Both the position numbers and the translations under genes were made by a program. From contig CM102286.1 of assembly GCA_046563655.1 (NCBI GenBank), positions 6,758,001 through 6,822,000 of the forward strand: DNA of 64,000 bases. The letters are read 5' to 3'. The notes under the pieces are model-generated. The model was not told the DNA's origin, ran no database searches, and worked only from the letters and a program-made list of their open reading frames with translations. Shown here piece by piece: positions 53,481 through 64,000 of the stretch. Each line of letters opens with the position of its first letter. Position 1 is the stretch's first letter. The stretch comes from Yuukianura sp. NJ FZ-2021. Taxonomy: Eukaryota.

Positions 53481-56236
53481 GTCAATTAGAATTAAGAAAG
53501 AAGTGCCAAATTAATGCTAGTGATGACAATAAACATTTGCAACAGTTGTCAAGTACAAAACATTTATTTGACGTTTTAGGAGCTATTGGAAGCAGGTCCT
53601 GCTGCTTGTACAAGTCGCTTTTTAGACTGGCAGACGCCTCGATTTAAACTTATCCTCATTAGCCAAAAGGATTTGAGCATTGTTGACATCTTCTAATTAC
53701 AACTAACTAATTACAGCCAAAAATTTAACATTATCCTGTTTGCTTTGGCTCCAAGTTAATTATTGGTGGACATTTGGGTAGTTAGCCTAGTTTAGTACGT
53801 ATAAACGAATCTTCACAATTAGGAATTGTGACAGACAAAGCTGCCAGGGTTATGTCACTGGTTGCTTAAGCTAAGCTTGGGTCCACTACGGAGGACTGTG
53901 ACTACGTTTTCACAATGGGTACAAAACTAACTGCGTACGTTAAAAATGAAGTGTGTTTTTTACAATCTGAAGTTTAGACAATTAGCAGGGCTGTGATTAT
54001 TTATTCTCTTTGCCATTGTGACAAAACTCTTACCTTCTTGGCCAAAATTTATCAAAAACAGGATTTGGGTTGGACACTGAAAACATAAATTTGGTATTAG
54101 TGTCAAAATGTGTCTGCACCCTCTGATAAAACCTAACACCTTTTACTCCAAACTCGGTTAAACTCCTTGACATTGAAACTTTCTCAACTTCAACTTCAAG
54201 GATATAGAAGAGTTTTAGCAAATGACAACTAACTTAACTTACTTGTGCTTTATAGCCACTTAAGCCTAAACATCTCGAGCATGGACGAGTGGACTTTGAA
54301 AATGGGCATCTTCAAATAAATGCGCCAATTCAAAAGTAACATCTCACATTCTCATGGTATGAAAACAGGGGTTTTCTAATCTACAAATGTCATCTACTTC
54401 GTAGTATTCATTGGAAGCATTTTAGTACTGCATAAACGGAGTTGCAAATATAATATTACGATGTTGGGATGTGAAACATAAATTTGAATCACCCTTGCAG
54501 CGTTTTTAGTATGCTTTGAAGTCTTTCACAATTTGTTTTGTTGCGTTTCCTCAACTAAAAATACATTTGAGGTGTACAGTGTACAGTACATTACAGTGTG
54601 TATGTAATTTTACACAATGTCCAGAATCTGGATGATGTTTGCTTTACTTAATGAACTCATTCCAGATATATCTGTAATTGTTTCCTTTTGTTTCAATTTT
54701 GTCGTGTTGAGGTCGACATAAAATAATAGTACAGGCAAATACAAAAGAAAAATTGGTAAACTCTGTATATTTTTCGTTGTACATGAGAAATCGGGAAGAA
54801 CTAAAATGTTCATTATCTAACTCTGGCTTAATACTGCCAACCGTCCTCAACTACCACTTGCTTTACTGATTTTTTCCCACAGTGAAAGTACGTGCCCACT
54901 GAGCTTTTGAAATTGATACGGCCGACAGACACCATACACCAAGTCACTGATGCGTGGAAAAGAAATCGGAGAAAGTGTCATTTCACTCTGCGCTTTTCCT
55001 TCCTCTCCCGGGCATTATCAGACCAAAACACAAAAGTCCCCGAGCACACTCTCCAGGGAATTCCAACGGAGCAGATGGAAGCCTACAGATAAAACTATGA
55101 GGATTCGATTTCGCCTATAATACATAATAGGATAACAGAGCATTTGTTAGCTTCAAATAAGACTCTTTTCATTAACTCTCTGTGCTGTTTACCAAATCCT
55201 GTGAGGATCTTTTTTCAGATGACGCCGTGAGAATTCGGATTTTAATTCAAATTTGAACGCGAGCTGCGTCCTTAATTTAAGTACACAATTCCAGCCAAAA
55301 ACGTTACACTTCATCAATTCAACTGCTCGTAATAGATGAAACAATACAATTTTAATTTTGTTAGCTTTTAGTTTCGTATTTTGTCGCGATATCGAGCTCA
55401 GCTACAATAGTAAAACCGAAAAAAATGAAACTGCTTCGCACATGATTTGTAAGGTTTCTTCGTTATTGGATAACGCTTTTAACTTTAGAATACATATTTC
55501 GATTTTTTTGAAAGAAGGTCTTGTGCTTGTAATCTTGTGCTCGCTTTTTAGTGTTGCTAGCAAAAGAAATGCAAATTACGACTTTACGGATACCAAGATG
55601 GCCGATATTCCTTGGAAGTCAATCACTTCCCAGAAACATTGGCCATGCATGCTTGTAGGATTCATGTGATTTGAATAGCCCAGGAAGGAAGAAGCGATAC
55701 ACTGGAGGAAGCGGTTGTTTATCCTAACGAGTTTCCTAGAATAACCCATCTCAGCCTCGCTCAATCATAAATATCCGTAGCTTTACAGCCGTTTTATACC
55801 GTAGGTGCTCTGAAAGTAGTCGGTCAATTCTCTGGTCAACTTAGGGTTCACTGCATCTCTTAAAAGATAGAAAAGCAAAATATTGATTCTTTGGCAAGTT
55901 GAGCTCGCTTTGAAAAATAATTGCTCAACAATTAGTACTCAAGGATTTGACAAATGGGTGCACCTCTGCAGAGGACACGGTTGGCAGCATGCTGGAATTC
56001 TGGCCTTACCAAGGTAAAATTTGCTCCTAAAAGGAATCAGTATTGCATTAGTCTAATAGTTGACTTTTGTTAGTGAACAGATTCAGTCGAAATCTAGGAC
56101 ACCAGAATCAATTTAGGTGAGGACCAGAGGGTGCGATGCTGGATTTTGGACGTCTGGAGACGAACAGCGCATGTGTAAGCTCAGTATAGACTCGTAAGTG
56201 GCAGTAGAGGCTTAATGCCTCGGCCCAACTGCCACA

Positions 56237-59200
56237 TTAATTGTAGTAACCTCGGTTGACAGCCTGTCGCTTCGAGTTATCCCATTTACAGGTAAGGATC
56301 CGTACATATGTCCTTCGGAACGAAGCGTTGCAGAGGGCGTAGCACATGGGGTTTATGGTGGAGTTGATGTAACACAAGTAGTAGGACAAGTCCCACAGGG
56401 CTTTTGGAATCGCATTTTGATCCTGCAGAACAGTTCGGAGGAGGACGAGGATATTGTACGGAGTCCATGTCACAATGAACGCCAGCAAAATGGCTGAAAG
56501 CGTCTTGGCTGCCTTCTTTTCTTGCTTCTTCTCCTGGTTCTTCTTTTTCTTCCGCTTGGGCTGAAGCGGTACGACTGCTGTAGTTGTTCCGATGTTGCCC
56601 ATTGACCCGCCTTTTCCCACAACAGTTTTTGAAACTCCTTTAAGAGGTGGATTGGGGGCGGAAGGTCTTCTGCCACCGCCAGGGGAGCTGGACTGTCTGT
56701 ACGCGAAATCGCTGGGGGTGGAAGAAACAAGTTTGGCTTTAGGGTGAACAGGAAGAGGTGGAAGTGGACCTGGCTCTTGGATCATTCGGATTGAAGCGTG
56801 CTTCCCATCCGTTTCTCCCGGAATTCGAATTAAAATGGTATAAACGGAATCATTTCCTGGAAGTTTTCCATTTGAACCTAAAGAAAGAGAGAGAGTCAAT
56901 AAAAGCAAGAAATCAAATAAATGTAACACAAAATAGATCTCTGCGTCTTGGGGAGACACTTTACTACTAGAGGTAGGTAAATTCCTAAAGATCCTACTTG
57001 AATTCAAATTCACACAAACTCGCTCTAGGAATATGGAGAATTGAAGTTTACTTTTAGGCCTCTAAAGGCCTTCCAAATCCTAGCTTTCTCCAATTTCCGA
57101 CATTCCTTGAAGTCGAGAAGAAAAATGATTTCCAAAATCAAAACTACAAAACTGCCAAGGCCTTACGTGATGTCAGTCATAACTTTTCGTTTCTTTTCTT
57201 TACTATACTAAAGGAAAGGAAAAAAAGTACAATAAATTCGCTTGTTTTTTCTTGCGTCTTTTGTCTACCTAACTTTGGATTTTTCTTCGAGGGACTTTTA
57301 GTGACTCGTAAGTCTCCAGATTTGGACGAAATATCTTTTTTCTATGGAAGAGGAAAAGTCTGAGAGACTAAACTTCGTCTTTATCTTCCGGAAAAACATG
57401 AGTCAAATTGGAACAATCATACGCCACTTTGAACAGATTCGATTAATTCTTAGTTAGTAGCTTCCCCTTTGATTTGCCCTTGTTATCTCCTAAGTACTTA
57501 TCGTTAAGTTCAGAGTAAAGTCGACCAAGGACACTCAGACGGGAGAAGATTGGGATTTTAGACTGTTTTTCTTGCAGGAACTTTCTCCATTCAATCTAAC
57601 TGCAAAATATTTTTGTTTACGACAAAAGAAGCGGGGAATTGAAAGAGGAGGCGTAGAAAAAAGTGTTTTGACAATTCTAATGAGAAAACAAATTAGGTCA
57701 ACCGAATCCGACGCAAACCCTTTAGTAGTTCTATGAAAATTGAAGTGTCTAACGTAACCTAGAGTAACCGGGAAGCGTGATTCTTTTGAAACCTGACAAA
57801 GATGCTTACCCTCCGTTTGTAGAACTTGAGTTTGGATTGTTTGGGAAGGAGAGACAATCATATTATCAGATTTTCTAGTCGGCGTTTGAGCGAGTGGATC
57901 TCGAATCACATTGAGTGAAGTGCATCTTGAGACGGATGACTGGAGAGGCGTTTCGATGGATGCTGGTGTTCCACAACCAGGTGAGGCATGCTCGTCCTCG
58001 GCTTCTTCTGTGTAGTCCTCTGCGTCACGGTCTACGCGACAAAATCCTATACAGATCATCCATAACGTCCATACACACTGCCAACGCCTCCGACACCACT
58101 TTGGAAAGCTCTGCAACAACAACAAAAAACGCTTAATTCCTTCATAGTTTTTAATTCGCGACAACCTTGAGGACCAATTTGAGTTTGAGTTTAATAACTA
58201 AAGAATATCTCAACCGCGGCGAAATTGGGGATTTTGTCGACGAGTTAAATGGTATAGTATAAATCAAATCGCTGTTTTATAGTCCTACATTGTATGTTGC
58301 CTCGAGGATAAAATGAAGTTTCATCCATGTCATACATAAAATGACACAAAACAAGGCAATAAAATCAAGAAGAACATATTTAACTTCCAAATAAAATTTA
58401 GTAACAAGGCCAGATTCTTCATTTTTACGCTAAATCTAGTTTAAGCTAGATAACCAATCTAACCAAAAATATCCGTCCATTAAATGCTGCTTGTTGATTT
58501 TTATACTAATGTCGGCGTAACGCATGCCGTTCTGCATGGTTTCGTAAGTCGATGTACCTGTTTTCCTAATATTTCATTTTTGCAAAAAGAATTTTCAAAG
58601 CTGAAATTTTAAAATTATAAGTTTACTATGATTTTAAAGCGTCCATTCTAATGCATCCGAGTTAACAAAATACAGCAATTTTGTTAGAAATTTCAGACCA
58701 ATCTAGTTTCGGCTGCTCTCACCGTTATCCTCAGGTTTATATAAATTACTTATTTAAAATTAACCATCATTTGATATTGTATTCTTCGGCTTGTTGTTTT
58801 ACAATTGCGCATATGCTGTTCAAGAGGAAAATGAGACAACTGAAATAAGATGCCACATACAGTTAATGTGCCACCAGCAACTTAAATGAAAATGACATGA
58901 CACCCTCTTCCTTTAAATAGGCTTTCACTTTCTCCAAAGCTCCTTACTTTTAACTGTGTAAATGAAACTTACTAATGTGTCTTGTCTAAAACTTTGAGTA
59001 TTGTTAATTAAATTGTACTATGTAGTGTATAGTTAATGTAAAACTAAACCTATGGAAGGTTGTGAAATAGGAGAGGTCTAAGTTATAATTGAAAAGGACA
59101 TGAGAGCCTCCTTTGTAACTCTTTGAAAAACTTGAGCGAAAGTTTGTAATAAGTTATGGAAATTTAGGCGTTGCCTCTCAGTGTTTGTTTCTCTTTTAAG

Positions 59201-62200
59201 TTGAACTGGAGCTTATGTCTTTTATTTTGAACACGATGTAGATGCTAAGGCTGCAGAGTTAAGTTTCAAGACAGATGAAGTCGCTTTTGCCCGTTCCTCC
59301 CAGGCATCAATCTCAATCCTTTCTCTTGCTTTCTATTTACAAACCAGAGGAAAAGTTGAAATGAAAAAGCAACCTAACCAAGTAACTTAAGGCCACCCTA
59401 GTCTCCATAAGATGTTCTCTTATGGCCCGCGAAGACGTGTCTGTGGTTGGACTTGGAACTTTAGACGAAACCTCTTAACCTCTTTTCTGCTTCTTCCGCA
59501 AACATGCTTCCTTCGTTTCTCCTTTCCCATGACTCCTCAAGCGCCTGACTTTGAGATCAGCCACTAAATTAATTTCAAGCCTTAAGTAAACACCGGCTTT
59601 TTCATTCCGAATTTCCATTTCTCTGCAGTCTATTCTATACCTTCCATTTTCCACTTCAAAATCTTAAGGTTCGACATATGCCTTTTGTCATGCGTCCAAC
59701 CATTGTCGTTCCACTTTACAATATTTATGGAGAAATCAATTTACTAAAGCCTCAAGTGAGCGGAAAAGTAAGGTCGTGAAAGCAGCACTTTTGCGAGGTA
59801 TTTACAATGTTTAATGGAGGCTTTTATGATACCTGCTGGATAGTTATCAACACGTCGTTGGAATATTTTAGTGACAAATAGGGGAATACTTTCACTTTTA
59901 TCGAAAGTATCTCAACTATGTGCTATCGATCCCTCGGCTCCTTTCTGCACAATTTTTTGAAGAAAGGCGCACAAAGACGGCAGAGTGACAGAGTTAGAGA
60001 ATTTTGTAATTGCATTGAATCGAAAGCAAGAAGAAAAAAGACGTTGGACTGAAGAACGTAAAAACTTTCCTACTTGTTTTCTACTATGAGAAACATAAGG
60101 AGAAAGTAGCAGGAAGGATGTGGGTGGAGATTAAATAAAAGGAGGAAGATCGGCCTAAGGTATGGATAAGCAAAATACAAATTGAATTTGCTGTTCCAAA
60201 TCCAATTTCATGCCGAGGAAAGCGGGATCTACGGGTGAGCACAAAGTGTAAGAACAAAGACGACTCAAGTGGAAACTCAAATATAGAAACTCCACAGCAT
60301 CTCAGCACAGAACTTTCTTCGGTAACATTTGTCTCCAGAAATTAGTCCGTATACCTCCGAGACCAATTTGCAACTTAAGGACTAACTAATAGCGGATCCT
60401 CATAAGCGAACATTTGGTTTTCCACTCCACGTATTGCTATTTCAGCAGCATCTTTGCTTTGGCTCGAATCCATAATTTCTGCTTTTCAATTTTTAAGCCA
60501 ATCGGAATCGTCATAGCAAATAAGCGTTTTACGGCACATAAACTTCAGCAAATTCAACAAACGCCTAAAAATGAAAAAAAAGCGAAGTAATTTAAAATTC
60601 CGGGAAATTTGAGCTGCCGAGTTCTGAATTCATTTCAACGTTCTCAGTTTTCACCAAAAAGACGTTTTCCGCTTGATTATCCTAACAACAGAAAAGTCTG
60701 TGCGAAATAGGACGCTAACCTTGGACAAATTGTTCCTCCCCATGAATGACGAAGCCTAAATCATCTTCCGTGAGTCCAACCATACGTTTGCAAATGGAAA
60801 AACGATTGGATTTCGCATACGTTTTTCCACAATTTCCATTGGAATGTGAATATTGAATTTCACATTTCGCATGATTTACAGCCACAATGGGGTCATCCCA
60901 TACTAATTACGCTTTTGTTCAGGAGGAGGAAGTTGCAGCAGAACCTAGCCATTCTTCCAGAATTTGCATCTGGGACAGTTTAACCTTCACTTTGGACACA
61001 TTTATCATACTCCCATTTTCCTGTCAAGTGGATCAAGTGGGCTAGGAGAGCCGGTCTGCAGAATCGATTCCCTCTCTCAGTTTGCATCCTACTCCTGACA
61101 GCGTTGGAACTTTGGTGGCGGCTTCACATTCTCCAAACACTTTACGAAAACTTTCCAGTTTCCAAACATCATCGAAGATCATGTCTGCTGAAGGAGATGT
61201 GGAACTTCAAGCCTGGAGTGAAAAATTGATTGGCAAGAAAGTGGTACAGACGGAGGAATTTGATGCTGAGAAGGAAGTAAGTATAAAGAACTTTTCTTAG
61301 GCGTTTTTTAATTAAGTTTCGTTTCTCATGCGATGTGAATTTGCTTCTCCGTAGTTTCGAGAAGCAGATATAACAGTGAAACATCGGATTCTGCCACCAG
61401 GAGCAATAACCACTATGGACTATGATGAACATCGCTTCAACGTTCACACAGACGAACATGGAGTAGTGACTAGCGTTGCACGAGGATAGACTACCCGGCA
61501 ATGTCAAAAGTTGATCCATATTCACTTAAAATTAAATATAATTCAAAAGTGAAAAACGGAGTTTCCAAAGAATAAACAGCTTGATTTGGAAAAATGCTAA
61601 TATTCTAACGTTGTTTACCCAGAAATGCAGAAAAGTAACTCAAATTTGTCATTGTATGACGCATTTAGTCGAGGAATTGAGTGATTCATATTCAAGTGGC
61701 AAACAAGTGTAAGTTGACTTAACAAGGGGGCGTCAAAAGAGTGGCGGATATAGTTCGAAAGCATTCTTTTCATACGACTCTCCTAAACGATTTTTGGTTT
61801 CTTCTGCTTATTTCCAACTTTTACTTTTGGGAAAGAGATTTTTCTGGCTTATGGGAGTCCATTTGAGAGTTAGATTTGCATTTAATGGACAAACTTGTTC
61901 TAAATGTCCTTCATTCCGAGAAATGAAAAGTTGGTTATGGTTTTTGACAGATGGCTAATGAAACTCCGTCTGGAAGTCCACATTTGATAAGTTGAATGAG
62001 CGGAAAGCCGTCATCACCACACGGCTCCTTTTTGGACAAAAGTGCTTACGCTCAATTTTAAAAGTAATATTAGATTTGAGTTGGACGGAATATTGTGAGT
62101 GACGTTGATATTATTAAAAATCAACTGCCTCCAAGATCCTAGCAGTGGAGTAACAGTTTTTAGACAAGGGGAGTATGAAATGGGATGTGAAAGTAGAAAG

Positions 62201-62318
62201 TCTTACGGCTTGAGAGCGATGAGCAGGACACGTAGAGAGTCGCTCCAGATGGTCTTGACAAATACAAGCGGATTCGGAACGCATCCGCTTCCATTCTTCC
62301 ACATCCACGGCTTCGTCA
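56237..62318 (-). CDS. mAChR-A: Muscarinic acetylcholine receptor A-type, 3' part (i3 loop, TM6-7); 5' exons not found in the window
   Basis: Exons 62318-62207 ([17 protein letters not shown]...), 58110-57810 ([21 protein letters not shown]), 56877-56237 ([61 protein letters not shown]). Phases are compatible. Confidence 0.93.
61181..61489 (+). CDS. Peptidase inhibitor I78-like protein (76 aa), nested antisense in a mAChR-A intron
   Basis: Exon 1 61181-61276 (donor GTAAGT), exon 2 61355-61489. Protein: [76 protein letters not shown], matching the R.I.PG...TMDY...R.NV..D..G.V..V..G pattern. Confidence 0.85.
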
Positions 62319-64000
62319 CTGAAACAGAACCAACGCAACAGTATTTATTAAAGTTCATATTAACACTCGTACATGGCAATATCACAGACACTTTGGATTT
62401 GATAACGGCGTTTCCTGCATCACAATTTTCAAACAGGAATTGGTTGACAGAGGTTCTCAATTTTTTTAAAACCATGTTGCTCCTGATTTTCAGCTACTTC
62501 AAGCTGCTAACCTAACCTCGCCTAACCTAACTTTAATACAACTAGGCTCTATGGCTCTATCGATTCTGACAGCACTGGAACTCATCTTAAGCAGGACTTA
62601 AGGGCCGAAAAGACACAATTACTTCGTAGAGCGTCCACAAGTAAGTGTTGGACATAAAGTTGAAATTGTTCGTTAGAGAAAGTTCCAAGTCAGCTTTTCT
62701 AAAGACCTAATCAATACAGGAAATCTCGAGACGTAACATCCATTTGGGGGGTGTTTTGAGTTCTAAATGTGAGTTGTGATGTTGTGATGAAGGTTTGAAG
62801 TGAAACCAGGGCGTAAATTAGGTGTGAGATGGGCTGGAGGAGGCGGTGGTTATTGAGAAAATTGGAAGGCAGCAGAGAGTCCTCGGAGAAAATGAAAGGA
62901 CTTTCTCTACTCAACTCTTATTTTCAGTACCTTCAAAGCGGGAAAGACGAGAGGCTGACACAGTCGCTTTGTTCACAGTCATTATCCGCACAGTTTGCGT
63001 TCCCTCAATGGTACACTACTTGCGACGACCGCACTGCCTTAACGCGTTTCCTCTGCAATTTGTCGCTTCCACAGAAAGAAAGAGGAAAATAACAATTATC
63101 TCGGAGAAAAGCAAACAGAAGTCTCTGATTAAAAATCCTACTTTGAAAAGCCGTCATTCTATAAATAGATTTTCTTAAGATTGGTTAAACAACAGCCACC
63201 TTCAATTTGTAAACATTCTCCAGTGTTGGCAATTTAAGCAAAATATTTGAAATCATTGTGCTATTCTTAGACGCAAGTTCTCTAAAAAAAAATTCCGAAA
63301 TATTTTGAATTCTCAAAATTGTATTTTTTGGATTGACGCTGTTCACAACTGATATTTCCAAAAATTTTGAACCTTCTCGCGTCAAAAAAGTAATTAATTT
63401 TTACTTTTTGGAAACTGATTATCCCTCTTGTCAAAACAGTTTTTTAGCTAAGCGTCACCAAAATACTATTAAGGTTTTTAAGGTTTTTTTTTTTTTGTAA
63501 ATCTGACTAACATACTTATTTAACATTGAACACAGCACAAAATAAATAAATTCTTATCTTTAGTTAAAAAAATGAAAATGTTCTAATTTTAACAACACGG
63601 ATATGAACCCGATTTATCTTTGACAACCCTGGACCAATCTGCGGAGCTTTCTAATAAAAAAGAAGATCAAGTTAATGTTAGAGGCGCTTTGAATTCTTCT
63701 GCATGTTTAGTCATGCTATGCTGGATTATAAAGACAATTCGAATTCGTTGTAGAATTAACCAGACGCAAAATTGACGTGACCGAAAGCTGTTTTTCCAAG
63801 TCTTCCTAAATTCTCTTTGAATTGAAGAAATGAATGCTTTTAGGAATTGTTTAGACTGCGTTGTTTCAACAATAAAAGAGTAGGAAAGGGAGGATTAGAG
63901 GCGGATTTAAGGAGTAAAGTGTCTTTTAATGCCGTCATACAATGTGGAACACGAGCCCAAAATGTGTCTCCTGCTCAATTAATTTTCCAGCTAAAGTTCC

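Noticed and set aside
63605..63631. hAT-like terminus (reverse complement CAGGGTTGTCAAAGATAAATCGGG)
   Set aside because: No matching second TIR or TSD was found in the window, so an element cannot be delimited.

Overview
Eukaryotic, intron-rich arthropod genomic DNA; the compact GT-AG introns, gene content and divergent IR suggest a hexapod, possibly a springtail, but the taxon is an inference. Exons were assembled by hand from splice sites and reading phase. In order: 3' part of a Sidestep-family Ig/FN3 receptor (+), roh/CG30415-like microprotein (-), mRpS5 (+), Skp1 (-), CAP/SCP protein (+), a secreted parvovirus/adintovirus-type phospholipase A2 (-), SLC35G-like transporter (+), SBK/meng-po-family kinase with HRD>HRN (+), two small orphan genes (-), intronless ionotropic receptor (+), ABHD12 (-), glutaminyl cyclase (+), SRF/blistered with alternative 3' exons (+), and the 3' part of muscarinic receptor mAChR-A (-), which hosts a nested fungal-type I78 protease-inhibitor gene (+). 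Four non-autonomous DNA transposons lie in introns (Helentron/HINE, hAT, Tc1/mariner, Mutator/foldback). Best leads: (1) a probable UGA-CUA stop-codon readthrough that would add a KDEL-like RSDL tail to glutaminyl cyclase; (2) the intron-containing, secreted viral-type PLA2; (3) the nested I78 inhibitor as a horizontal-transfer candidate; (4) paired CArG boxes upstream of SRF.
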